Source of the DNA: Candidatus Sumerlaeaceae bacterium
Lineage (GTDB): Bacteria; Sumerlaeota; Sumerlaeia; Sumerlaeales; Sumerlaeaceae
Direction of reading: 5' to 3'
DNA: 64,000 nt
Assembly: GCA_051003195.1 (NCBI GenBank)
Contig: JBPCLP010000025.1
Location: 67,616 to 131,615, forward strand
The translations under genes were made by a program, and so were the position numbers. Below the pieces are notes generated by a model. That model did not search any database, was not told the DNA's origin, and worked only from the letters and a program-made list of their open reading frames with translations. This document shows, piece by piece, positions 35,905 to 44,935 of this stretch. Numbering within the stretch: position 1 is the first letter of the stretch; each line of letters starts with the position of its first letter.

Positions 35905-36804
35905 TCAGTAGCTGCCCTTACCCTGCTGTCCCTTTACAATGCCTACGCTGGCGCTGGCGCCGATGCGCGTTGCGCCGCTGTTAATCATGGTCTGGGCGGT
36001 GCCACAGTCGCGAATGCCACCCGAAGCCTTTACGCCCATCTGGTCGCCGACGATCCGCCGCATGAGTGCCACATCTTCCGGGGTCGCGCCACCTGTTGAA
36101 AATCCAGTCGACGTTTTCACAAAGTCCGAACCCGCCGCTTTAGCCAACACGCACGCCGCGATCTTCTGGTCTTCGTTAAGTAACGACGTTTCCAGGATCA
36201 CCTTCACCGTGTTCCCGGAGGCCGCTTTTACGACCGCCCGTATGTCTTCGTAAGTGTATGCGTAATTCCCGGATTCCAGCTTGCCGACGTTGATCACCAT
36301 GTCCACTTCATCGGCGCCCTGGGACACTGCTGTCCGCGTTTCGAATGCCTTCGCGTCGGTGCTCATCGCGCCAAGCGGGAAACCCACCACGCAGCACACC
36401 TTTACACCCGACCCGGCAAGCAACCTTGCGCACGTTTCCACGTACGATGTGTTCACGCACACAGAAGCAAATTTGTGTTTGCGCGCCTCGGCACAAAGCT
36501 TCTCAACCTCAGTCTCGGTCGCATCCGCCTTGAGCAGCGTGTGGTCGATATAAGGTGCAAGATCGCCGCACTCCAATCCCCCACCGCTCGCGCCGATTCG
36601 GCACGCGCCTTTATCCAGCACTTCCTTGCTGGCCCTGGTCTGCTCGACCTTACACTCGGTGCAATCCTCGCTCTTCTTCCCGTGAGCGCATTTGCACCCG
36701 CAGCCACATTCGGACGATTTCTTGTCGGGCGAGGCCGGCGAGGACAACCGCCGCACCACTTCGTCAACGACTTCTGCTATTTCTTTCTCGGACAATGCTT
36801 CCAT
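35905..36804 (-). CDS. deoC: deoxyribose-phosphate aldolase with N-terminal Cys-rich extension
   Basis: Core YIDHTLLKADATETEVEKLCAEARKHKFASVCVN...GADEVDMVINVGKLESG...VKASGGIRD with a Schiff-base Lys context. About 70 extra N-terminal residues include SSECGCGCKCAHGKKSEDCTECK. Confidence 0.88.
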   Translation of the reverse strand: MEALSEKEIAEVVDEVVRRLSSPASPDKKSSECGCGCKCAHGKKSEDCTECKVEQTRASKEVLDKGACRIGASGGGLECGDLAPYIDHTLLKADATETEVEKLCAEARKHKFASVCVNTSYVETCARLLAGSGVKVCCVVGFPLGAMSTDAKAFETRTAVSQGADEVDMVINVGKLESGNYAYTYEDIRAVVKAASGNTVKVILETSLLNEDQKIAACVLAKAAGSDFVKTSTGFSTGGATPEDVALMRRIVGDQMGVKASGGIRDCGTAQTMINSGATRIGASASVGIVKGQQGKGSY

Positions 36805-36875
36805 AAGCCGGTAGATTGCCGATGCGACAATGGCTCAGTCAAGGCACAGCTTCAGGTATCCCGCCGCCCACCACA

Positions 36876-38453
36876 CTACCGCGCGGAGGCGGTCTGCGTC
36901 ATCAACGGAATCACCGACCGTCCGCTTTCGTTCCCGCAACGGTCCACGGCCGATACAGCCAGGGCGCCAGGCTGCGCACCGCCCGCCGTATTGATGGAGT
37001 ATCCGCTGGTCGCGCCGGGCACGACGTCCATGCGCCACGCACCGTTCACATGGGCATAGATCGCATAGAGGAACACGTCCTGATCCGCGCCCGATTTCCA
37101 TGTCACCACGATATTACCGCCGCCATCGCGCTGTGCCTCTGCTCGCGGGGCCGCGGGGGCTTTTGAATCCAACCAGGGACATGCAGGAATCAGCGCCGGG
37201 CCCTGGTATAGCTGCGAAGAAAGCTTGTCGCTCAACCCGTCGGAGTTCTTCAGCAGTGGCTTCGCGCTGAAGAAGATATTGCCGCTGGCCCCGCGCTCGT
37301 TTCGCGTCGAGGTAATCTGCTTGATGATTTCGTCCGCTGTCCACTTACCAAGCGACACGCTGCTGGCGTAATTACCAATCCAGATGTGACGGTTCGCGGA
37401 GTTCTGGTCCGTCCACCATTTCTGAAGGCTGCCGTAATCGTGCCCGCGTGTATCGAGCGTCCAGTAGAGTTGCGGCGCAATGTAATCCACCCAGCCCGAT
37501 TTGAGCCACTTTTTCGAATCGACATATATTTCCTGGTATGCATCCATTCCGACGGTTCCCGGCGGGTTATTTGGGCGCCAGATACCGAAGGGCGAAATCC
37601 CAAACTTCAGCGTCGGCTTCAGCTGCTTAAGTTCGCTGGCGGTCCGCTCCACCAGCGTGTCGACATTCGATCGCCGCCAGTCGTCGCGCGACATATTTCC
37701 ACCACCGCTCTGGTACGTCGACCAGCTCGCGTCGTCGGGAAACTCCAGTAGTTTTCCCGCGCTGTCCTTCTCGCGATAAGGATAGAAGTAGTCGTCGAAA
37801 TGAATCCCGTCCACGTCGTATCGCTTCGCCACGTCCAGAATCACCGAGAGAGAATAGTCCTGTACGGCCTTCTGGCCGGGATCCAGCCACAGGTGCTTGC
37901 CGTAGCGTTTGACCAGATCGGGGTGAGTGTTCGAAACATGCGTCGGCGCAAACGTGGCATTCTGAACAAGCCCGGCGCGGTATGGATTAAACCATGCGTG
38001 CAGCTCGAGCCCGCGTTTGTGGGCCTCCTGGATCGCAAACTCCAGGGGATCGTAGGCGGGCTCGGGAGCCTTGCCCTGCTGCCCGGTTAGAAAAACAGAC
38101 CATGGTTCAATCGACGAAACATAGAACGCATCGCACATGGGCCGCACCTGGAAAATCACGGCATTCAGCCGCAGCGCCTTCGCCTTATCGAAAATCGCCC
38201 GCAGTTCATTTTGCTGCTGCGGCGCGGGCAACCCTCTCTGGCTGGGCCAGTCGATGTTTGCCATCGTCGCGACCCACACCCCACGGAACTCACGCGGTGG
38301 CGACGGGATCTCAGACACCGCTGCGGCCGGCTGCAACTGCGGCGGAGCGGTCACCGGCGGTACTGCACTCGCACGCTGCGCGCATACCAGAAAAGAAAGT
38401 ATTACAGCGAGCGCAGGGCATACCTTACCAACGTAAAATAGCACACGAAGCAT
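36876..38453 (-). CDS. GHL10-family glycoside hydrolase-like protein (YngK/YddW-DigH-like)
   Basis: Signal peptide. FRGVWVATMANIDWPSQ...LRLNAVIFQVRPMCDAFYVSSIEPWSVFLTGQQG...GLELHAWFNPYRAG matches the glycosyl-hydrolase-like-10 TIM-barrel signature. Confidence 0.75.
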   Translation of the reverse strand: MLRVLFYVGKVCPALAVILSFLVCAQRASAVPPVTAPPQLQPAAAVSEIPSPPREFRGVWVATMANIDWPSQRGLPAPQQQNELRAIFDKAKALRLNAVIFQVRPMCDAFYVSSIEPWSVFLTGQQGKAPEPAYDPLEFAIQEAHKRGLELHAWFNPYRAGLVQNATFAPTHVSNTHPDLVKRYGKHLWLDPGQKAVQDYSLSVILDVAKRYDVDGIHFDDYFYPYREKDSAGKLLEFPDDASWSTYQSGGGNMSRDDWRRSNVDTLVERTASELKQLKPTLKFGISPFGIWRPNNPPGTVGMDAYQEIYVDSKKWLKSGWVDYIAPQLYWTLDTRGHDYGSLQKWWTDQNSANRHIWIGNYASSVSLGKWTADEIIKQITSTRNERGASGNIFFSAKPLLKNSDGLSDKLSSQLYQGPALIPACPWLDSKAPAAPRAEAQRDGGGNIVVTWKSGADQDVFLYAIYAHVNGAWRMDVVPGATSGYSINTAGGAQPGALAVSAVDRCGNESGRSVIPLMTQTASAR

Positions 38454-38545
38454 GAGATATATATAATCCTAAAGAGGCCTGATTTACTAAAAAGTTTGAT
38501 AGTACAACATACGCAAAGTGGCGCTGGCAACCATTTGTGACAGCA

Positions 38546-40060
38546 CTATTCAGGTTTCATTAAAGGAAACAGGATCACGTCGCGAATGGAAGCCGAGTTC
38601 GTCAGCAGCATGGTCAGCCGGTCGATACCAACACCCAGTCCGCTGGTCGGAGGCATGCCGTACTCCAGCGCGCGCACGTAGTCCTCGTCCATGTCCTGCG
38701 CTTCCTCGTCCCCGCCTGCCTTGGCGGCCACCTGCTCCTTGAATCGTTCGTACTGTTCCTTGGGGTCGTTCAGCTCCGAATACCCGTTCGCGATTTCCAT
38801 CCCGCAGATGTACAGCTCGAATCGTTCCGCGACATACGGATCGTCTGGCTTCGACTTCGCCAGCGGGCTTACCGCCTTCGGAAATTCGGTGATGAAGACC
38901 GGCTCGAGCAGCTGCGATTCCACCCGCGCCTCGAATATCTCGATCAGCATTTCGTGCGTGCTGCCCGGCTTTAATGGCGCATGGAAAGCCCGCACCTTTT
39001 GCAGCGTCACCTCCGCAGGGTCGGACCAACTGAAGTCCACCTGGGCCGCCTCCGGCACATACCGGCGGATCGCGTCCAGGTACGTCAGGCGCGGGAACTC
39101 CGGTCCAATGTCGATGCTCGCCTCGCCGAACGTAAAGGTCGTTGTCTGAAACACGGACTGCGCCGTAGTGCGGATCATCTCCTCCGTCAGCGCCATTGTG
39201 TCGCGGTAGTCCCAGTATGCCGTGTACAACTCCAGCATCGTGAACTCCGGGTTGTGCCGGATCGAGAGCCCCTCGTTGCGGAAGTTCCGGTTAATCTCAA
39301 AAGTCTTTTCGAGCCCGCCCACCGTCAGCCGCTTCAGGTAAAGCTCTGGTGCGATACGCAGGTACAGCGGCATGTTGAGCGCGTTGTGATGCGTCACGAA
39401 AGGCCGTGCCGTGGCGCCGCCCGCCACCGGATGCATCATCGGTGTTTCCACTTCCAGGTAACCACGAGCGTCCAGGTACTTGCGCATCGCGCTGACAATG
39501 CGGCTGCGGTTGACGAACGTCTGCTGCACCTCGTCGTTCGCGATCAGGTCCACATAACGCTGCCGGTAGCGCGTCTCCTTATCGGTCAAACCATGCCACT
39601 TCTCCGGCAGCGGCCGCATCGACTTCGTAAGGAAATGAAAGCGCTGCGCGTGAATCGAAAGCTCGCCCGTTTTCGTGATGAACGCGAAGCCCTCCACGCC
39701 CGCCACGTCGCCCATGTCCGTGTACTCTTTGAAGACACGGTAATCTTGCTCTGGCACATCGTCGCGACGCAGGTATACCTGCATTCTGCCGCTCTCATCC
39801 TTGAGGTGGAAAAACGACGCCTTGCCCATGTGCCGGATCGTCATGATGCGACCCGCCAGCTTCAGCGGCGTCTGATCGGCGATCAGCGCTTCAGAGTTTT
39901 CGCGCACGTCACTGCTGCGATGCGTGGGCAGCCAGCGGTTCACGAACGGGTTCAGCCCCTCTGCGCGCATTCGCTCCGCCTTCTCATAGCGGTTTCGGAT
40001 TATTTCATTATGGTCGTTCAGCATCGCTTCAGGGGATTCGGTTGCGGTCGTCATGCTCAA
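38546..40060 (-). CDS. lysS: lysine--tRNA ligase (class II)
   Basis: Anticodon-binding OB domain (GRIMTIRHMGKASFFHLKDESGRMQVYL) and class II motifs FEINRNFRNEGLSIRHNPEFTMLELY and GGLGVGIDRLTMLLT. 504 aa. Confidence 0.95.
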   Translation of the reverse strand: MSMTTATESPEAMLNDHNEIIRNRYEKAERMRAEGLNPFVNRWLPTHRSSDVRENSEALIADQTPLKLAGRIMTIRHMGKASFFHLKDESGRMQVYLRRDDVPEQDYRVFKEYTDMGDVAGVEGFAFITKTGELSIHAQRFHFLTKSMRPLPEKWHGLTDKETRYRQRYVDLIANDEVQQTFVNRSRIVSAMRKYLDARGYLEVETPMMHPVAGGATARPFVTHHNALNMPLYLRIAPELYLKRLTVGGLEKTFEINRNFRNEGLSIRHNPEFTMLELYTAYWDYRDTMALTEEMIRTTAQSVFQTTTFTFGEASIDIGPEFPRLTYLDAIRRYVPEAAQVDFSWSDPAEVTLQKVRAFHAPLKPGSTHEMLIEIFEARVESQLLEPVFITEFPKAVSPLAKSKPDDPYVAERFELYICGMEIANGYSELNDPKEQYERFKEQVAAKAGGDEEAQDMDEDYVRALEYGMPPTSGLGVGIDRLTMLLTNSASIRDVILFPLMKPE

Positions 40061-40138
40061 TGCTATTCTTGCTTAAAGTCGGTTCGGAATCAGGAAACGT
40101 TATTCGCGTCCGGCGCGCCGTGGCACCCGGACAGGGGA

Positions 40139-40465
40139 CTACAGAACGTTCAACTGCTCGTCGAGCATGTCGATCAGGCCGTCCACGCGTTTTCGTACGT
40201 CATCCGTCAGGCCGTGCACTGCCGACGCGTCGTCGATCATTTTGTAATACTCCACAGTCACCAGCAGGGCCGCCTGCATCGCCAGCTTGCCGGTATCTGG
40301 TGTCGTCAGCTTGCTGCTAAGGTCGCGCATGAGGGTATCCACATGCCGGGCCGCGCGCCTGAGGCGCTCGTGCTCATCCTCGGGCGCCCGCAGCCGGAAG
40401 GGCAGGTTGTAGATCTCGAACTCCAGCTTCGCCGGGCCGCCATGGTTATTGGACTCCTGGCTCAT
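40139..40465 (-). CDS. zapA: cell division protein ZapA
   Basis: 108 aa. KLEFEIYNLPFRLRAPEDEHERLRRAARHVDTLMRDL...LAMQAALLVTVEY matches the ZapA fold signature. Lies directly downstream of a coiled-coil gene. Confidence 0.8.
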   Translation of the reverse strand: MSQESNNHGGPAKLEFEIYNLPFRLRAPEDEHERLRRAARHVDTLMRDLSSKLTTPDTGKLAMQAALLVTVEYYKMIDDASAVHGLTDDVRKRVDGLIDMLDEQLNVL

Positions 40466-40767
40466 TCGGCGCCGTGGCTGTCGAGTTCGAGTATCTCGGA
40501 TTCCAGCGTGTCAATGCGGTTCAAGATCATCTTTAACCGGTCCTTGACGGTCGACTCCTTGTCATCGCGCAGGTTCAATTCCTGCTCAAGTTCGCGGATG
40601 CGCCCCTGCAACCTGACATTGTCGCTGTCCGTCTGGTTTTTCTGTTCCACCACGGCGGATAGCTCGCGATTCTGGCGCTGCAATTCCCCAATGCGGCCCT
40701 TGGCTTCGTTGATCTTGTCCACCAGGGCTGAAATCTTTTCCTCAAGGGCATCAATCCGGTCAATCAT
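40462..40767 (-). CDS. ZapB-like coiled-coil protein
   Basis: 101 aa, entirely heptad coiled-coil (IDALEEKISALVDKINEAKGRIGELQRQNRELS...). The stop overlaps the zapA start by 4 bp. Confidence 0.6.
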   Translation of the reverse strand: MIDRIDALEEKISALVDKINEAKGRIGELQRQNRELSAVVEQKNQTDSDNVRLQGRIRELEQELNLRDDKESTVKDRLKMILNRIDTLESEILELDSHGAE

Positions 40768-40896
40768 CCAGCAACGCTCCCGCCTTGCACAACTATAGTC
40801 TTACGCGCAGTGTAAAGCCGCAGCTCAAAATGGATCAAGTGAAATCGCCTGTCCTGCATGACAACTTGTTGTCAAGTAACGCGGCTGACAAGCGAC

Positions 40897-40985
40897 GGTC
40901 TACCATTAACTCGTAACCAGTTCTGTGTGCCGAATCGAGCTCAAGTCTGCCGGGCTGGTAAGGAACTACGGACTCGGCACACTGG
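40897..40985 (+). repeat. REP-like palindromic repeat, family 1 (copy B)
   Basis: ggtctaccattaactcgtaaccagttctGTGTGCCGAATCGAGctcaagtctgccgggctggtaaggaactacggaCTCGGCACACtgg, in the divergent intergenic region between zapB and the cupin gene. Confidence 0.75.
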
Positions 40986-41061
40986 TGCAGAATCTGTAAT
41001 GGACAACCTGCAATACCCGTGCAGACTTCAGCTTTAATCGATTTCAGAAAGGACCAGTTAC

Positions 41062-41421
41062 ATGGCCGCGATGGAAAAGAAAAATCTTTCTCAGCCCGAT
41101 GAGACCCGCACTTTTGACAAGGGGCAGTTGGAACTCGTCACGCTTGGCGGTGTGACCTTCGGTCGCATCACGCTGCAGCCCGGCTGGAAGTGGTCCACCT
41201 GCGTCAAGCCTCTCGCGAAAACGGAAAGCTGCCAGGCCCCCCATCTGCAGTATCAGATCTCCGGCCGGATGCACGTGCGCATGGACGACGGATCCGAGGA
41301 GGAATTCGGGCCGGGAGACGTTCTGAAGCTGCCCCCCGGTCACGACGCATGGGTAATTGGAAACGAGCCGGTCGTCGCAATCGACATCACGGGCATGGGC
41401 GAATACGCAAAACAAAACTGA
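41062..41421 (+). CDS. cupin-domain protein
   Basis: 119 aa. Two-motif cupin pattern (GRITLQPGWKWSTCVKP...HLQYQISGRMHVRMDDGSEEEFGPGDVLKLPPGHDAWVIGNEPVVAID). Confidence 0.7.
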   Translation: MAAMEKKNLSQPDETRTFDKGQLELVTLGGVTFGRITLQPGWKWSTCVKPLAKTESCQAPHLQYQISGRMHVRMDDGSEEEFGPGDVLKLPPGHDAWVIGNEPVVAIDITGMGEYAKQN

Positions 41422-41630
41422 CACTAACATCTCACGCGGCGTCCTTATCCCACAAGACGTCCGCCCATTGCATAAGACCGTCCGGAATTCTTAATTCAAC
41501 AGATCAGGTTTTGGCTTTTTCGTGCCCGTGCACGTGCCCTGATCTCGTGCACGTCAATTGTTGAACGACGCCTCCCCGGAATCGAGTGTCCGCGTTTTCA
41601 GAGGAAGTTCAACTTAGCCCTTACCGTAAC

Positions 41631-41694
41631 TGATCTTTTGATGAAGTCTCCATGACGTTAGCAACTTAATTAGTGACAACGTCAACAGTCCCAG
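41631..41694 (+). mobile_element. MITE/REPIN-like element family 2, truncated copy F (left flank plus partial TIR)
   Basis: tgatcttttgatgaagtctccatgacgttagcaacttaattagtgacaacgtcaacagtcccag aligns to 61893..61957 of copy D and then diverges. Confidence 0.6.
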
Positions 41695-41707
41695 ATATTT
41701 TCTTCTG

Positions 41708-43876
41708 TTACGGTTCGCGTTTCGATTCGGCCTGCAAAATCCACATATACCCAATACGCATTCCACACGGTCGCGACGATTTTAGTACGAATGGCTGAGC
41801 CGATTGCTTTACTGCTGATAACTCAGCGAGCTGAGTAATTGTCGTTTCCGCCGACTTCAGCGATATCGATGTTTCACTTTCGCCAATCATCATTGTCAGC
41901 CATCCGCCTTGGTCACCAGCCTTCATGCGCGCAAGTGCGCGCAGCTTATGGCCAACCTCCAGCCCATGCAATTTTCCGCTGACGTGCCCCGTCACGTGTC
42001 GACTTATGTCCACCACCGTCGGCGTGCTTTCCAAATCCGTCAATGCCGGCGCATCCATCACGTAGTGAAGCGTCTTGTCGCGCCAATCAACCTCGTGATC
42101 TTCCTCACTTCTCAAATCCGCAAAATCTACATGGTCAACCAACCGCCAGCCCTTCGGCAGAAACTTCGCAGGAAGCATTTCCGCCGAACGCACGAACTCA
42201 CGCGGAAATCTATACAGTTTCATGTCTGCATTGCGATCGTTCATCGGCAGGGCATCCGGAAATGTTGCCGGGTCAGCAATGAGATCGGCGGTGTAGCACG
42301 GCGACTGCCACATCGGACTGAACATCGCCGCCACATCAGGCAACTCCTCGGTCGTCAGGCAGCGCTCAATTGCCTCAAACGGCGCGAACGCACCCTCAAT
42401 TGCAGCACGCGTCAGCTCATACCCGGGCAGTTGCATGCACAGCCCGATCACGTCAAAACCGTTAATGTCGCTGAAGTACATCGGCGCGCCAGCGTCGTGG
42501 CTGATCAGCTTCTTATATGTGCCGGGCTTTTCGCGGTTCACTTTTGCTATGTAGCGCCCGATGGGAATCTGTCGCGCGGCAAGCACCTGGGAATTGCGGA
42601 TGTAGAGTTCGTGGATCTGCCTCAACGCGGGCATCGATCCTGCGACCAGCACAAGTGGTAAGAGTGCGACCGCACGTTGAAACCAGAGCTGCCCCGGCCG
42701 CTGCGACAGCCGCACTGCGGCTTTCATCAAGTTTCCCGCGCCTATTCCCGCCAAAAGAAACAGTGGCGGTACGTAGGGCTGCAGGTAACGGAATGTTCCC
42801 GTGCCAACAACGTCTCGCTGCCCTGCCATAAAACAAAATTCGACCGCGACAACAATCCATGTACACAGTATTGCCAGCCGCAATCTAATACCACACGGCC
42901 ACAGACTCAGCGCCAGCAAAACGAGTGCAACCGCGCCACTTAGCAGACCAAACGTTGCTGGACCAAAACTGCCAATCAATTCGCCCGGCAGGTTCGATAT
43001 CTTTTCCTGCCAGAAAGATCCCTTTTGCGACTGGTCCCGAAACGGGTCGCTCCAGATGCTGCGCAATTTCATGCTGTTCGGAATTGGGTCGCCGGTCATC
43101 ATCCAGTTCAGCGACAGAAACGCCGCTAGCGGAAGTACACACAATACGCCACATATCAAAGGCTGCAGAATTGTCGATGCATGTACTCGAGCCCGGTCGC
43201 GCCAGATCTGTAACGCTCCTGCTCCGCTTACGAATGCCCAGCACACCCCAACCGCAAGTATCGCCTCGGGCCGCAGCAGCGGCAGTGCAGCGCCGACTGC
43301 TGCAAAGCGGCTGTTCCATCTCGGTAGTTCACCGCGTTCAAGCAAATCCCATGTGCACCACATCAGCGCGATTACGCCTGCCGTCGCTATCCCGGTCTCC
43401 ATCCCCGAGACCGCACCGCAAACCAGGAACCCACACACGCTCCACAGCATCGCCGTGCTCGTCGCAATCAGCGCCGTCGTGTGGCGACAAAGCAGCCGCC
43501 ACAACAGATAGATCCCTGCACTCGCAGCCGCGACGTTCACGATGTGTGCAAACAGCATGATCCAGTGCTCGCGAAATCCAACTGAGTAACCGACCGTCAG
43601 AATCAGCGGATACAGAGCACTCGTCGCGCCCTTGCTATAGCCACTGTCCGGCGACCACGTATACAGCATTCCCCGCGTAAAGTTTTTCGCATACTGCGCG
43701 TGAATGTAAGCATCATCCACCAGTGCCGGCCAGATGCCCCCACCGACCCGGTAACCTGTTAATATAAACCAGATACACAGCGCAAAGAAGGTAGCAGTAG
43801 GAAGCAGCCACGCAATGCATGTTACAGTACCGTTACAAGTTTTCCGGGCAATCATCTGCATTCCAAAGAATTGCAA
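41708..43876 (-). CDS. large polytopic membrane protein, putative GT-C-fold glycosyltransferase
   Basis: 722 aa with more than 12 predicted TM helices. Conserved acidic loop LVDDAYIHAQYAKNF after the first helix. Family uncertain. Confidence 0.45.
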   Translation of the reverse strand: MQFFGMQMIARKTCNGTVTCIAWLLPTATFFALCIWFILTGYRVGGGIWPALVDDAYIHAQYAKNFTRGMLYTWSPDSGYSKGATSALYPLILTVGYSVGFREHWIMLFAHIVNVAAASAGIYLLWRLLCRHTTALIATSTAMLWSVCGFLVCGAVSGMETGIATAGVIALMWCTWDLLERGELPRWNSRFAAVGAALPLLRPEAILAVGVCWAFVSGAGALQIWRDRARVHASTILQPLICGVLCVLPLAAFLSLNWMMTGDPIPNSMKLRSIWSDPFRDQSQKGSFWQEKISNLPGELIGSFGPATFGLLSGAVALVLLALSLWPCGIRLRLAILCTWIVVAVEFCFMAGQRDVVGTGTFRYLQPYVPPLFLLAGIGAGNLMKAAVRLSQRPGQLWFQRAVALLPLVLVAGSMPALRQIHELYIRNSQVLAARQIPIGRYIAKVNREKPGTYKKLISHDAGAPMYFSDINGFDVIGLCMQLPGYELTRAAIEGAFAPFEAIERCLTTEELPDVAAMFSPMWQSPCYTADLIADPATFPDALPMNDRNADMKLYRFPREFVRSAEMLPAKFLPKGWRLVDHVDFADLRSEEDHEVDWRDKTLHYVMDAPALTDLESTPTVVDISRHVTGHVSGKLHGLEVGHKLRALARMKAGDQGGWLTMMIGESETSISLKSAETTITQLAELSAVKQSAQPFVLKSSRPCGMRIGYMWILQAESKREP

Positions 43877-43882
43877 AAAATC

Positions 43883-43913
43883 GGGACGGTTGACGTTTTC
43901 CCCAATTAATTGG
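43883..43913 (-). mobile_element. solo terminal inverted repeat of element family 2, abutting RAYT remnant
   Basis: gggacggttgacgttttccccaattaattgg matches the right TIR of copy E (ccacggttgacgtttcccccaatttttgg) and the reverse complement of the left TIR of copy D. Confidence 0.65.
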
Positions 43914-43963
43914 ATTGCATCTGCCGTTCATCTGCAGGCTGCCGTAGATCACCTATCGCACGT

Positions 43964-44215
43964 ATGGCAAGGATTGTTGTCGCGGGATGCCCGCATCACA
44001 TCACCCACCGCAGCAACCTGCGCGCCGACATCTTCCTCCACGACAACGACCGCCTGCTCTACAAGTCGCTGCTCGCACAAACCTCGCGCCCGTTCGGACT
44101 GCAGATCTGGGCCTACTGCCTTTTGACAAACCACATCCACCTCATCGCCGTCATTAATTACTCAATAGAATCAGACCCAAACTCTGCACGAATTCCCGGG
44201 AATTTGCACTCGTGA
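43964..44215 (+). pseudogene. REP-associated tyrosine transposase (RAYT, IS200/IS605 TnpA-like) N-terminal fragment, truncated
   Basis: MARIVVAGCPHHITHRSNLRADIFLHDNDRLLYKSLLAQTSRPFGLQIWAYCLLTNHIHLIAV matches the RAYT pattern (YHVTxRGNxRQxIF...AYCLMPNHxHLL, HUH motif NHIHLI). It terminates ~84 aa in, before the catalytic Tyr region. Confidence 0.7.
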
Positions 44216-44262
44216 TTTTATGCACAAATGCGGCAGTCGACAGCATGACACGTGCTCAACGA

Positions 44263-44281
44263 AACCGGCCACAACGTGGCC
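44263..44281. terminator. perfect palindrome CCGGCCAC-aac-GTGGCCGG downstream of DinB-family gene (possible terminator hairpin)
   Basis: 8-bp GC-rich stem with a 3-nt loop, 11 nt after the minus-strand stop. Only a weak T-tract (tttcgtt) on the minus strand. Confidence 0.3.
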
Positions 44282-44291
44282 GGAGCGGCCC

Positions 44292-44855
44292 TCACATCTC
44301 CTGCGGAAGCCGCTTTCGTAGCCACCGAATCTGGCCGCGGTGGTTCACCTCGTCTTCAAAAACGTGGAACCACATGAAATAGTAATTCGCGGTTGCCTCC
44401 CCGAAAGGAACCACGGTTCGCAGCCAGGCATCGTCACGCTGCGCCAATTCCCCCTGCGTTCGGTTGCGCCCGCTCTCAAGGAGATCCGTATAGTAGTCGA
44501 GATTGTGCCCGCGAATCTCCGAGCGACCCGCCTCCCCCAGGTCCAGCGCTGCGGTCCACGGACGCAGTTCTTCCTCCGAAGCAGCGCCGCGGAAAGTTTT
44601 CAGCGTGTAGAAAAACTCCACCGCCGCAATGTGCAGCAGCAGCGCGCCGATGGAATTGCTCTCCGCATCATGAACGTGGTCGAGCTGGGCCGTCGTTAGT
44701 CCCGCCACGGAGTGCAGCGTCGTGAAACGCGCATAGTTCATCATGGAGACGAGATCCGAGATACCCGGCGAAAGGCCGGCCCGCGGTCCGATCACCATCA
44801 GCTGAGAAAGGTCCTGCATCATCGCAACAGCGCCGCGCCGCGAAGCCGCAGTCAA
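44292..44855 (-). CDS. DinB/YfiT-family (DinB_2-like) four-helix-bundle metal-dependent protein
   Basis: HLxxxE-type block LLLHIAAVEFFY and C-terminal HVFEDEVNHRGQIRWL, characteristic of the DinB superfamily. Confidence 0.75.
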   Translation of the reverse strand: MTAASRRGAVAMMQDLSQLMVIGPRAGLSPGISDLVSMMNYARFTTLHSVAGLTTAQLDHVHDAESNSIGALLLHIAAVEFFYTLKTFRGAASEEELRPWTAALDLGEAGRSEIRGHNLDYYTDLLESGRNRTQGELAQRDDAWLRTVVPFGEATANYYFMWFHVFEDEVNHRGQIRWLRKRLPQEM

Positions 44856-44935
44856 GCCACAGCCGCACCCGCGGCTACCTCACTCATGAATTCGCTTCGC
44901 ACGTTTTTCGACGGCGGGTGTATGCTTGGCCACGT

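Noticed and set aside
38981-40798. 605-aa plus-strand ORF antisense to lysS and zapA
   Set aside because: The opposite strand encodes a full-length class II LysRS and ZapA with conserved motifs. The antisense ORF is R/H/L-rich with no domain signal.
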